The notes beneath the pieces were generated by a model. The model saw only the letters and a program-made list of their open reading frames with translations. It made no database searches and was not told the origin of the DNA. From a virus (taxonomy: Duplodnaviria > Caudoviricetes), in the IMG/VR virus record IMGVR_UViG_3300020034_000014, positions 1-58,579 of that record: a DNA stretch of 58,579 bases. One strand, 5' to 3'. The translations under genes and the position numbers were made by a program. The first letter of the stretch is position 1. Each line of letters begins with the position of its first letter. This document shows, one piece after another, positions 8,794 through 17,856 of this stretch.

Positions 8794-10056
8794 ATGGCTC
8801 AACAAGTTGCCGAAGGCAAGCGCTACCATAAACGCCTTGCCGACCCCGAACGCTATCACGCGCCACTAGCGCCAAGTAGTGCATACCAATGGTTTGAATG
8901 CGCCGATTCGCTCAACGTGCGCAAGCGTGGCACGAATGAATACGCAGAAGAAGGCACCGCCGCGCATGAATTGCTAGGCTTGTGTTTGATCTGTGACCGC
9001 GATCCGCATGTGTTCATCGGCATGCATATCTATAAGCATTGGCAGGTAACGGAAGAAATGGCGGACGCGGTTCAACAGTGCATTGATTTCATTCGCGCAT
9101 ACCTTGCGAAGAATCCAAATGCAAAATTGATTTTCGATAAAACCGTTGATCCGCATTCACTTATCGGATGCGCGCCGGGCTATGCATCGGGAACGCTTGA
9201 CGTTGGCATAGATAATTTCCCGCTCGAAATTGTCATCATCGATTACAAGCACGGGCGCGTATCGGTAGACGTGGAAGATAACTTGCAAGTGTTTCAATAC
9301 GATCTAGGCTACTTCGCGCAATACGCCACGCGTCCATACCAGCAATACCGCCATGTAATCGCACAGCCGCGCAACAAGGACCGTGAAGCAGAGCGCATCC
9401 GCGAAGACGTGATAACGCATAGTGAATTGATGGCCTATCGATCACGACTAAAAAAGCGCATCACAGAAATCAAGCGCAATCCCAAACACCGCAAGGCGGG
9501 CGCGTGGTGCGATTGGTGCGGCGCAGCCGGAACATGCAAAACGTTAGCCGCGCTCAACATGAAGACGGCGCAACAGGAATTCAGTGACCTGATACCCAAG
9601 CGCAAAGGTGCTGCGCCTGTTGATCCTTTGGATATGGAACCGGAAGACGTAGCGTATATCGTTACGCAAGCGCCTTTAATTGAAAAATGGCTCAAGGCGG
9701 TATATGCGCAAGCGATGGCGAACGCGCTACGCGGCCACAAAAGCAAATATATAAAATTGGTAACGGGAATCACGAACCGCTACATATCCGACAAGGCCCA
9801 AGTCGCGCGTCAATTACTAGCGGATAATTTTCAGCCTAGCGAATTCGCACCGCGAAAATTGATAGGCATCCCCGCTATCGAAAGCTTGTATAAAAAGAAA
9901 CTAGGCCGCAGAATGCGCAAAGGCGAGCAAGCACTACCAGAAAGTATTTTGCGCTACATCAAACGCGATCCAAAACCACCGCTGCATATTGCATTGATGA
10001 CGGACGCGCGCCCGGCTGTTGCGCGCGGTCAAGAGTTTTCTGTATTGCCGGATTAA
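8794..10056 (+). CDS. DUF2800 Cas4-like PD-(D/E)xK exonuclease
   Basis: HAPLAPSSAYQWFEC, AEEGTAAH, GTLD..IIDYKHG, QPR, WCDWC..C. Confidence 0.88.
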   Translation: MAQQVAEGKRYHKRLADPERYHAPLAPSSAYQWFECADSLNVRKRGTNEYAEEGTAAHELLGLCLICDRDPHVFIGMHIYKHWQVTEEMADAVQQCIDFIRAYLAKNPNAKLIFDKTVDPHSLIGCAPGYASGTLDVGIDNFPLEIVIIDYKHGRVSVDVEDNLQVFQYDLGYFAQYATRPYQQYRHVIAQPRNKDREAERIREDVITHSELMAYRSRLKKRITEIKRNPKHRKAGAWCDWCGAAGTCKTLAALNMKTAQQEFSDLIPKRKGAAPVDPLDMEPEDVAYIVTQAPLIEKWLKAVYAQAMANALRGHKSKYIKLVTGITNRYISDKAQVARQLLADNFQPSEFAPRKLIGIPAIESLYKKKLGRRMRKGEQALPESILRYIKRDPKPPLHIALMTDARPAVARGQEFSVLPD

Positions 10057-10092
10057 AATTTTCAACGTCACACAACGAAAGGTAAAAGTATC

Positions 10093-10467
10093 ATGAAGCT
10101 AATTCCGTTAGGCTCAAAAGTAGTAATCACTGTCGGCGCGATCAAAGGCAAAATTGTTGCGCATGCCGTGTATCAAAAGCAGCAGACAACGTATTGCATT
10201 CAAACCGGCGACGGTTCGCAATGGTGGCTCGAATCAAATCAATTCGCCGTGAAGACGTTAGCCACCAAACGCAAAACAAAAAAGCGCAAGGCATACAAGA
10301 AACGCGCGAAGAAAACGACCAAGCGCACCGCGAAGAAACGCGCCTATCGCAAAAGACGCAAGCCGCGTGCAAAGAAAAAAGCAGCAGAGCGCAAGACGGC
10401 GAAGCCTGCACGCATTAAACAAATCGTTGACGAAATGAAGGCCGCAGTAAAAGCCACCAAAAAATAA
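10093..10467 (+). CDS. Basic Lys/Arg-rich (histone H1-like) protein
   Basis: C-terminal half is repeats such as KKRKAYKKRAKK. Confidence 0.6.
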   Translation: MKLIPLGSKVVITVGAIKGKIVAHAVYQKQQTTYCIQTGDGSQWWLESNQFAVKTLATKRKTKKRKAYKKRAKKTTKRTAKKRAYRKRRKPRAKKKAAERKTAKPARIKQIVDEMKAAVKATKK

Positions 10468-10493
10468 TCACGCACACCAAAGGAATTTTATTT

Positions 10494-11177
10494 ATGGCAT
10501 TCAGAGCAAAGGTAAGGCCCGGCGCGCGTGGCTCCATGAAAGCAAAGCGCGAAGACGGCGAAGGGCGCGACAAGAAAAAAGATGATCCGCGCGTATGTCA
10601 AACACCCGTAGGCCGCGTTGGTTTCTGTCACGTATGGGAACCGCACAAATTTGATGATGACGACGACGAACAGGAGGCAAAATTTTCGCTTAGTCTAGTG
10701 CTAGACGAAGACGAAGATATTTCCGCCATCAAGAAATCATGCATCGCTGCCGCATATGAAAAATGGGGAGAAGCGGAAGCAAAAAAATTAGCGAGTTCCG
10801 GCAAACTCCATTTGCCATACAAACGCGCCGCGCAAGAATACGCGGAGTATGGCGAACCATATAGCGACGCGAGCGAAGAACAAATTATGATAAGCGCGCA
10901 CACTAACCAACAGCCGGGCATCGTGAATAATCGCGGTAAGAAATTGGTAGACGAAACCGATTTTTACAAAGGCTGCTACGCGCGCATGTCGGTATTTTGC
11001 AGCGCTTACGAATATCGCGGCAAGCGTGGCATATCGTTACTGTTGAATAACGTGCAACGCGCATCACTCGGCAAGAAAATTTTAGGTAGCCGTAAGGATG
11101 CATCGGAAGAATTCGACAATATCGAAAATGACGATGATGATATTGTTGATGATGACGATGATGCAATATTCGATTAA
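10494..11177 (+). CDS. DUF2815 / gp2.5-like single-stranded DNA-binding protein
   Basis: FCHVWEP, FYKGCYAR, GISLLLNNVQ and an acidic tail ending IFD. Confidence 0.88.
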   Translation: MAFRAKVRPGARGSMKAKREDGEGRDKKKDDPRVCQTPVGRVGFCHVWEPHKFDDDDDEQEAKFSLSLVLDEDEDISAIKKSCIAAAYEKWGEAEAKKLASSGKLHLPYKRAAQEYAEYGEPYSDASEEQIMISAHTNQQPGIVNNRGKKLVDETDFYKGCYARMSVFCSAYEYRGKRGISLLLNNVQRASLGKKILGSRKDASEEFDNIENDDDDIVDDDDDAIFD

Positions 11178-11212
11178 CGGCTAACACCACACAACACACG
11201 AAGGATTTTAAA

Positions 11213-11734
11213 ATGCCAATGGCTGATGACGATTTAGACGATGTGATTAACGGCCCGGCTGCGCCGACGAAGCCCAAACCCAAACAGACCGCAACTAAAA
11301 AGGCGGTCAAGAAAACCGCGAAGAAAAAAGCTACGCCCGCAGACAAATATGATTTTGATCTTGAAAGCGGCGTAGCAATAGCCATGATGAAAGCCCTCGC
11401 AAAATCAGTGAAGGCCGAAACGGTTATCAAGGATTTTGCAGTAGCGCATGAAGTAGAACCGTTCAAAATCCGGGCATGCGCCAAAGAACTTGCGCGCAAG
11501 AAAATACTGCGCGTGGAGAAAAACAAACAAGGTTTACTGGTTATGGATGTATGGAAGCCCAAGCGAGCGCCCAAGGGCGCATCAGGCGAACGTACCACGC
11601 GCCCGAAGCAGGCGGTAATAGTAATCACCATACCCAACATACCCGCGCGTATAGCGGCCATCATACGCACCGGCTTAAAGCTAAACCTTGCGCTGCAAAG
11701 CGTTAGCGCGGATGGTGTGCTAGTGATGGCATGA
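11213..11734 (+). CDS. Hypothetical protein, possible DNA-binding (wHTH-like) domain
   Basis: RBS AAGGA; basic linker then IKDFAVAHEVEPFKIRACAKELARKKILRV. Confidence 0.5.
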   Translation: MPMADDDLDDVINGPAAPTKPKPKQTATKKAVKKTAKKKATPADKYDFDLESGVAIAMMKALAKSVKAETVIKDFAVAHEVEPFKIRACAKELARKKILRVEKNKQGLLVMDVWKPKRAPKGASGERTTRPKQAVIVITIPNIPARIAAIIRTGLKLNLALQSVSADGVLVMA

Positions 11735-11738
11735 CGCA

Positions 11739-11812
11739 GAGCCGGTAACTCAACTGGATAGAGTAGCGTATTTCTAATGCGCCTGTTGCAAGTTCAAATC
11801 TTGCCCGGCTTA
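11739..11812 (+). tRNA. tRNA-Arg(TCT)
   Basis: Full cloverleaf: acceptor GAGCCGG/CCGGCTT, D stem ACTC/GAGT with A20, anticodon stem GCGTA/TGCGC with loop TTTCTAA, T arm GCAAG-TTCAAAT-CTTGC; followed by CCT rather than CCA. Confidence 0.9.
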
Positions 11813-11820
11813 CCTCTCAC

Positions 11821-11852
11821 AAATGGCCCAATTCACCGGGCTATTTTTATTT
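11821..11852 (+). terminator. Intrinsic terminator after the tRNA
   Basis: AAATGGCCC/GGGCTATTT stem and T-rich tail. Confidence 0.7.
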
Positions 11853-11860
11853 GTGCGGAA

Positions 11861-11905
11861 CGTGACAAAATGCACTATGCAAAGTTACGCGACGGCGTAT
11901 ATAAT
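11861..11905 (+). promoter_or_regulatory. Repeated promoter/operator module, copy A
   Basis: CGTGA-N6-GCACT, TACGC-GACG-GCGTA palindrome, TATAAT. Confidence 0.7.
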
Positions 11906-11962
11906 AGGGATGTCGGCAGAATGTCCGGCGCAATAAGGGCTAAAAAAAAGAATTGCAGCGAG

Positions 11963-12005
11963 TGTGATAAATTACCGTTGACAAGGTTACGCGCTGGCGT
12001 ATACT
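11963..12005 (+). promoter_or_regulatory. Repeated promoter/operator module, copy B
   Basis: TGTGA, then TTGACA-16 nt-TATACT containing TACGC-GCTG-GCGTA. Confidence 0.8.
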
Positions 12006-12031
12006 CCCTACATCAACAACGGGGAACTAAC

Positions 12032-12559
12032 ATGAATACTAAAGAAATCCTTACCGCCACCATCGCGCCGCTTCGCAAGCTTGCCGTTGATCGCGCGGTA
12101 TCGTTTGCTCAAAAAGATATTGAGCGTATCCGCGCTATCTTCGCGGAAGCAGGCAACGATTTTAATATCGCTGCGCCATATCCGAAAGTAACCGAAGGCA
12201 ACTACCAAAGCAAATTGCAATACCGGAACAAAATCAGCCGCTTCGTTACCACCGTTGCGCCTACCTATAGAATGAATGAGCCGCGCATTGTCAAATTTGA
12301 TGACAAAAAGATAAGTGAATACCTTACCACTGTTGCAAAGATAGCGGGCGAACAGTTCGATATGTATGTCGGTAAGCTTGCAAACAAAGTAGGCGATATC
12401 AAAAGCGCGCAAATTTGCGGAACTGAATTGTGGTTTGGATCGACGTTGACCGTGACAACCCCGGCAGGCACGATAGAAAAATGGCTAACCAAGCACATCC
12501 TTAACATGAGCAAGTATCATCTAGTATTTAGCCAATTTCCTACCCGCAAAATGAAATAA
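12032..12559 (+). CDS. Hypothetical early protein
   Basis: ACGGGGAA RBS before ATG 12032; ORF track start 11777 overlaps the tRNA. Confidence 0.75.
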   Translation: MNTKEILTATIAPLRKLAVDRAVSFAQKDIERIRAIFAEAGNDFNIAAPYPKVTEGNYQSKLQYRNKISRFVTTVAPTYRMNEPRIVKFDDKKISEYLTTVAKIAGEQFDMYVGKLANKVGDIKSAQICGTELWFGSTLTVTTPAGTIEKWLTKHILNMSKYHLVFSQFPTRKMK

Positions 12560-12574
12560 AAGAATCATGTCTAG

Positions 12575-12617
12575 TGTGACTTAATGCACTAGACACAGTT
12601 ACGCGCTGGCGTATACT
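12575..12617 (+). promoter_or_regulatory. Repeated promoter/operator module, copy C
   Basis: TGTGA-N6-GCACT, TAGACA-16 nt-TATACT containing TACGC-GCTG-GCGTA. Confidence 0.8.
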
Positions 12618-12648
12618 ACCTACTCACATCAACGAACGGGGAATTAAA

Positions 12649-12849
12649 ATGTTTCTACTAAACGAAAAAATCGAAGTCTGTAATTTTAGCGTTTACCTGC
12701 CGCTAAAATCGGATGGCACCCGCGCTACTAAAGGAACCGTAGTTGAACTATTAAACCGTGGCAACTTTAGCGTTAAGTTTGAAGGCTACGCGAATACTAT
12801 AGATTACACATCACAAGAAGCGCGATGCTTCCGCGTGGTGCAATCATGA
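12649..12849 (+). CDS. Hypothetical early protein
   Basis: ACGGGGAA RBS, directly behind promoter C. Confidence 0.7.
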   Translation: MFLLNEKIEVCNFSVYLPLKSDGTRATKGTVVELLNRGNFSVKFEGYANTIDYTSQEARCFRVVQS

Positions 12850-12988
12850 ATCCGGCTCGCCCTTACACACTAGCCGATTTTGAAAAAGAACGCGCATTGC
12901 GTGACCTAGAGCAAGCGCGCCGCGATGCTACCGTGCCGTATTATTTTGGCGGATAGAATTTTAATCGCACCACTAACAGGGAACAAAA

Positions 12989-13177
12989 ATGAAATATCTA
13001 ATAGTCGCGGGCTTCGTTGCCGCATGGTTTATTGTTACGCTGCCGCTCAGCGGATGCACCACAACGCCTGCCATGCCTACGTATCGCGTAGTCGGTGCGG
13101 GAACATCACCGGGCACCGAAGCGGGCTATCTGGTGGACGTAGACGAAACGTTACCACTGGTAGCGCGTAAAGATTAG
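12989..13177 (+). CDS. Small lipoprotein
   Basis: Signal peptide ending in lipobox LSGC. Confidence 0.65.
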   Translation: MKYLIVAGFVAAWFIVTLPLSGCTTTPAMPTYRVVGAGTSPGTEAGYLVDVDETLPLVARKD

Positions 13178-13182
13178 CCGCC

Positions 13183-13428
13183 ATGATTACGCACGTATAC
13201 CCGAATTTCCGCACGCGAAAAACAAAAGTAGGTTTCACCATGCGGCCGGGTGGCGGATGCACACAGCGAGCGTTGCCCGATGGCGAAATAGCGGGCGATA
13301 TTTTAATTTCAATTGATATAGATGCCATTGTGCAAACAATGGGGCGTAAGGCACTGCTCAATAAAACGGGTAAATGCAAAGACGGTTTTGTAAGTGTGAC
13401 TGTGCGCAACAAAAGGGATATACCATGA
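13183..13428 (+). CDS. Hypothetical protein
   Basis: Operon ORF. Confidence 0.6.
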   Translation: MITHVYPNFRTRKTKVGFTMRPGGGCTQRALPDGEIAGDILISIDIDAIVQTMGRKALLNKTGKCKDGFVSVTVRNKRDIP

Positions 13429-13778
13429 AAACCCAATACCTACAACATGCCAACGGCGGAACCATCAAAGAAATTTTTTGTGTCGGGCACGAAACATATA
13501 AAGGCGTTGCCGATTGGTTCTATATGGGATCAGTCGAATGGAGCGATGGGACCAAATCGGCTAACGCAACAATCGCGCCTTGGGCGCTTTGCTGCGATCA
13601 AGAAAACCCTTTAGCAAAGGCAGAACTAAATACCGTTACTGCCATTTTAAAACGTTACCTAGACAACGCGGGAACGTGGCACGAACCGAAACAGAAAAAT
13701 GCCATGCGATACTCATGGACGCCACACAAACCAACTGGCACAAATTTAATTATCAAAGCAACGGACGCGCCAACATGA
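13425..13778 (+). CDS. Hypothetical protein
   Basis: ATGA overlap and AAGGGA RBS (start re-called from 13374). Confidence 0.6.
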   Translation: MKTQYLQHANGGTIKEIFCVGHETYKGVADWFYMGSVEWSDGTKSANATIAPWALCCDQENPLAKAELNTVTAILKRYLDNAGTWHEPKQKNAMRYSWTPHKPTGTNLIIKATDAPT

Positions 13779-14200
13779 AGCATACAGCGTATCAGCTTAT
13801 GTGCATCCGCATGTGCAAGCTAGAGATAGCTTTACAAGGGATCGCAGCGTATGCGCAAGCGAACAAAAGCACTAGCCGCGACCCTCTTGGACAAATTGAA
13901 ATTGCCGCACGTAAAGCGTTGAAAGGAAAAAAGTCATGATCCAAAATATTATGCGCGTGATTTCTATAGCGCTTGTCGTTACGTTTGCCGTGTGGTGTTT
14001 CGCTAGTGCGATGCATGGCGATTTACTTTTTGTGCCGCAATTCTTAGGCCCGGCGTATTGATCGTGCGCGATAAAAAATCACAGCAATGGTTTAATGACT
14101 ATGATGCATACGCGAAAGACAAAACGCGCAAGGCAATCATTGGGTTTGTGGTGAACTTCGCCGCGTTGCTCATTGTTTGCATTTTGATCTTGGCAATAAA

Positions 14201-14428
14201 ATGAAATTTTACCGCGTAGCCCATCTATGTGAAGGCGGATGCAGCGCCGGTTATTCATGGCATTCATCAAAAACCGAAGCGAAAAAAGAAAGCCGGAAAG
14301 ACGTTAAGGATAATCCAGATCAATACAAAGATGAACCGCCAATAATTTTAGAAGTCGTATCTAAGCCAACAAAGAAAAATATACTTTCGATCCTTAAACA
14401 ATATGCCAGTTACCCGGATAACGGATAA
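14201..14428 (+). CDS. Hypothetical protein
   Basis: Operon ORF, ATG at 14201. Confidence 0.55.
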   Translation: MKFYRVAHLCEGGCSAGYSWHSSKTEAKKESRKDVKDNPDQYKDEPPIILEVVSKPTKKNILSILKQYASYPDNG

Positions 14429-14626
14429 ATGATACGCGGTCACATCGCAGGCGCGGTAGCGCGTGAGATTCTAAACGAATACATCTATCACGATGGCGTA
14501 GCATACAAAGCCGCATGGCACGCGCTAGGCTCGCCAGCGGAGAATCATATCATCGCCGCGAATCGTGACTATCACACAATGTATATACTCGTATGGGCTA
14601 AGCATGAACAGGAACAGACACCATGA
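14429..14626 (+). CDS. Hypothetical protein
   Basis: Abuts both neighbours. Confidence 0.55.
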   Translation: MIRGHIAGAVAREILNEYIYHDGVAYKAAWHALGSPAENHIIAANRDYHTMYILVWAKHEQEQTP

Positions 14627-14853
14627 CATTTGAGCATATTCAATTTGAATCTGAATTCCAAAGCTTTTTAAAAGAGTCATTCCATTCATCACCACACCCA
14701 ATGATTATAGAAACGTTGCGCGCTGCGTTTTATGGTGGCGCAGTAGCCGGGAGACTCTTTGAGGAAACACACGGCGAATTTGAATTTGCAAAAGCGATGG
14801 CGCAATTTAGCGTTGAATGGCAACGCGGGATAGAAAAGAAAGATACAAGCTAG
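14623..14853 (+). CDS. Hypothetical protein
   Basis: ETLRAAFYGGA pattern; ATGA overlap. Confidence 0.6.
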   Translation: MTFEHIQFESEFQSFLKESFHSSPHPMIIETLRAAFYGGAVAGRLFEETHGEFEFAKAMAQFSVEWQRGIEKKDTS

Positions 14854-14862
14854 GCTATCGAT

Positions 14863-16875
14863 ATGCAGCAAGGCGAAATACATGGAGACTTTGAAACCTA
14901 TAGCGTATTAGACGTGCGCGACGTAGGCGCGTTTAAATATTTTGAGCATCCATCAACCGAAATTTTGATGTTTAATTTTGCGTTTAATGATGACGAAGAC
15001 GTAACGCGCTGGAATCCTGCAATGGGCATCACGCGCGAATTGCGCGAAGTCTACCAACGTGTAGAGAATGGCGAAACGCTTGTTGCCCATAACGCCATGT
15101 TTGAATTTTGCGGATGGAATCGGATCATGGTTAAACAGTTTGGAGCGCCACCGCTGCGCGCCAAACAATTACGATGCACCGCCGCCAAAGCCGCAATGTG
15201 CGGATATCCGCGCAGCCTTGAGAAAGCATGCGCCGCCGCGCGTGTCAAACACCAGAAGGACAAACGCGGAACGCAGCTTATCAATATCTTTTGCAAGCCG
15301 CGCCGCCCGACGAAAAATAATCCCGCGACACGCATCTATCCGGAAGATAACCCGGAAGCGTTTGAAGAATTTTGTCAATACTGCGATGCGGATATATTGG
15401 CAGAGCGTGACCTTGACAAAGCATTGCCTAACCTGCCCGCGTTTGAACGCAATGCATACTTGCATGATTTCATGGTGAACGAACGCGGTTTACCCATTGA
15501 CCTATACCGCGTGAAGCGCGCGATTAAAATACTGCGCGAATTGGAGCGCCGCGTTGTATTCAAAGTGCGCGCCCTCACCGAAGGCATTAACCCTACACAA
15601 GTTGCGCAGCTTTTGCAATGGATCAACGACCAAGGCGAATCGCTGCCCAACATGCAAGCGAAGACGCTAAGCCGCGCACTACTCCACAACACCATCACAG
15701 ATAGAAAAGTGCGCGCCGTGATTCGGCTGCGCATGGAAGCAAGCAAGGTATCGAATAAAAAACTATTGCGCATGGCGAGCGTGATAGGCGAATACTTCCG
15801 CGCACGCGGAACGATATTATTTTATGGCGCACACACCGGGCGCGCATCCGGGCGATTGATACAGCCACAAAACTTTGTGCGTGGCCTGATTGAAAAGGCA
15901 GATCAGATTGCGCTAATGGAAAAGGTTCTTGCGATGCTCGCAGACCGTTCCATTACCGCCGAAGATTTCGAGCGCGAATTCAAGCGCCCGTTGCACTCAC
16001 TGGCGCAGTGCATGCGCGGGTTTATTCGCGCGAAGCCCGGTAATAAATTAGTTGTGGTTGACTATGCGCAAATCGAAGCGCGCGTATTGGTTTGGTTAGC
16101 AGAGCAAAATGACGCAGTGCGCGAGTATGTTGAATACGATGCCGGGCGCGGCCATGATCGATATGTATTGATGGCTGCATACCTTTGGCATATCAAGCCC
16201 GAAGCGGTAAGCCCCGAACAGCGCCGCATTGCAAAGCAATTAGTTCTAGGCTGTGGGTTTGGTCTAGGATGGAAAAAGTTTATTGAGTATTGCGAAAAAG
16301 AGGATATTGTTATCGACGAAGAAATGAGTCAACGCGCGGTCAAAGCCTTTCGCACCAAGCATCAGAAAGTAAAATATTATTGGTATGACGTTGAAAAATG
16401 CGCGCTTGCCGCCATCCGCAAACCGGGAACACGCATCACGCTACGGAACATTAGTTTCTTTGTAGACGAAGAAAAAAGATTTCTGCGCATCAAACTACCA
16501 AGTGGGCGCGAATTATTTTACCCAACACCGCGCGCCGTGCCATGTTTAAAGTTTGGCAAGCCATCGCACCGTATCGAATTTCGCACCGAAATAAAAGGTC
16601 AATGGCTATGGCAAACTACTTACGGCGGTAAGCTCGTAGAAAATATTGTGCAAGGCATCGCTCGCGATATTATGGTTATTGGTGGATTGAACGCAGAGCG
16701 CGCGGGATTCAAATTAATTTTATGGGTGCATGATGAACTGGTAGCAGAAGTCTCACGACAGATTAAAAAACTATCTGCAAAATTTATGGAGTTAGTGGTA
16801 TGCGATCTTCCCGCATGGATTGGTATCTTGCCAATCAAAGCGGAAGGATTTGAAGCAGTCTATTACAGGAAATAA
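14863..16875 (+). CDS. Family A DNA polymerase with 3'-5' exonuclease
   Basis: Exo motifs DFETYS, AHNAMFE, YCDAD; motif A DYAQIEAR; motif B RRIAKQLVLGCGFG; motif C VHDE. Confidence 0.95.
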   Translation: MQQGEIHGDFETYSVLDVRDVGAFKYFEHPSTEILMFNFAFNDDEDVTRWNPAMGITRELREVYQRVENGETLVAHNAMFEFCGWNRIMVKQFGAPPLRAKQLRCTAAKAAMCGYPRSLEKACAAARVKHQKDKRGTQLINIFCKPRRPTKNNPATRIYPEDNPEAFEEFCQYCDADILAERDLDKALPNLPAFERNAYLHDFMVNERGLPIDLYRVKRAIKILRELERRVVFKVRALTEGINPTQVAQLLQWINDQGESLPNMQAKTLSRALLHNTITDRKVRAVIRLRMEASKVSNKKLLRMASVIGEYFRARGTILFYGAHTGRASGRLIQPQNFVRGLIEKADQIALMEKVLAMLADRSITAEDFEREFKRPLHSLAQCMRGFIRAKPGNKLVVVDYAQIEARVLVWLAEQNDAVREYVEYDAGRGHDRYVLMAAYLWHIKPEAVSPEQRRIAKQLVLGCGFGLGWKKFIEYCEKEDIVIDEEMSQRAVKAFRTKHQKVKYYWYDVEKCALAAIRKPGTRITLRNISFFVDEEKRFLRIKLPSGRELFYPTPRAVPCLKFGKPSHRIEFRTEIKGQWLWQTTYGGKLVENIVQGIARDIMVIGGLNAERAGFKLILWVHDELVAEVSRQIKKLSAKFMELVVCDLPAWIGILPIKAEGFEAVYYRK

Positions 16876-16877
16876 AA

Positions 16878-17174
16878 ATGCCAAAGAAAATTTACCCGGA
16901 TTTCTTATTACGCGATATTTTTATCGATGATAGGCTATCACCGAAACTAAATAACTGGAAAGTGTTGCACGCCTACATAGCTGAATTACCAGTATCGAAA
17001 GCATCAATAGATAAACTTGAATCATTGATGGTAATGGAATTCGACCGCGACGCAGGCCCACGCGCCCATATCATTGAACGCCTGCATGGTAAATATGATG
17101 TGATGCGCCGCGCCGTAGAGTTTGCCGATATGCAAAAAATCGTTTCTGACTTGGTGAAACGTAAACACATATGA
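16878..17174 (+). CDS. Hypothetical protein adjacent to the polymerase
   Basis: Operon ORF between Pol and VRR-NUC. Confidence 0.7.
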   Translation: MPKKIYPDFLLRDIFIDDRLSPKLNNWKVLHAYIAELPVSKASIDKLESLMVMEFDRDAGPRAHIIERLHGKYDVMRRAVEFADMQKIVSDLVKRKHI

Positions 17175-17392
17175 CCGGCAAAGTTTATTTTTCAGAAAAG
17201 AAAATTATTTACCAATGGCGCGCGTCAAATATCTTTTGCCCGCTCTGTGGTAAACAAAATGTTTTTGAATTCTATGAACCCGAAGCAGTAATCAGAAAGT
17301 GTGCGTGTGTCGATTGCAAAAAACATTTTGATGTATGGGTAGGCGGTAAGAACGCAGACGATAACGAACCAAGTTTTAATTTTGATATATGA
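17171..17392 (+). CDS. Zinc-ribbon protein
   Basis: CPLC..CVDC; paralog of 19265..19486. Confidence 0.65.
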   Translation: MTGKVYFSEKKIIYQWRASNIFCPLCGKQNVFEFYEPEAVIRKCACVDCKKHFDVWVGGKNADDNEPSFNFDI

Positions 17393-17856
17393 GAATATCC
17401 AAGCATCAACGCATCTTAGAGTTTGCGAATCTCAACATTGATAAGGAAAAACACGTTACAGAAAACGTGATTGAAAATTATCTAGTGCGTGAGTGTCGCA
17501 AGCGCCGTGCCATCGTGTGCAAACTACAAACCGTCTACATCGGATTATTTGACCGCTTCGTAGTTTGGTATGCGTGTGATTGCTTTCCATCTAACATTGA
17601 TTGGATCGAAGCGAAGCGACCCGTAGGCGGAAAGTATGGACCGCATCAAGAATATTGGCGCGATGAATTCATAAAGCGTGGCTGCAATGTCGGAACGCTG
17701 CGCACCAAAGACGAAATCGATACATACATTAAGGCCCGGACGTGCGAACACACGCGAATAATTATTCCAAGAAAAGACTTATACCAACTCGGCACGCTCT
17801 CGCGCTCAAAAAAGCCGCGCGCCTTGAACGCATTGAAACGCGCTACACAGTCGTAG
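17389..17856 (+). CDS. VRR-NUC domain nuclease
   Basis: ENVIENYL..DR..WIEAKRPVGG..HQ; upstream of the SNF2 helicase. Confidence 0.8.
   Translation: MRISKHQRILEFANLNIDKEKHVTENVIENYLVRECRKRRAIVCKLQTVYIGLFDRFVVWYACDCFPSNIDWIEAKRPVGGKYGPHQEYWRDEFIKRGCNVGTLRTKDEIDTYIKARTCEHTRIIIPRKDLYQLGTLSRSKKPRALNALKRATQS

Noticed and set aside
8794-10056. Cas4-like nuclease as a sign of a CRISPR system
   Set aside because: It is the standard DUF2800 gene of this replication module; no other cas genes or repeat-spacer array seen
10903-11670. 255-aa minus-strand ORF and similar antisense ORFs (e.g. 606..1088, 22487..22987, 37166..37687, 53223..53645)
   Set aside because: Shadow frames opposite well-supported genes, with no motifs or RBS
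11771-11777. CTA in the tRNA loop as an amber suppressor, or TAG recoding
   Set aside because: Stem register places TCT at 34-36 and A20 supports Arg; core genes are intact in the standard code and several end in TAG
11777-12031. N-terminal extension of the 260-aa ORF
   Set aside because: It overlaps the tRNA, terminator and two promoters; the RBS supports a start at 12032
11861-12651. Repeats as a mini CRISPR array
   Set aside because: Irregular spacing, whole genes between copies and clear -35/-10 elements indicate promoters
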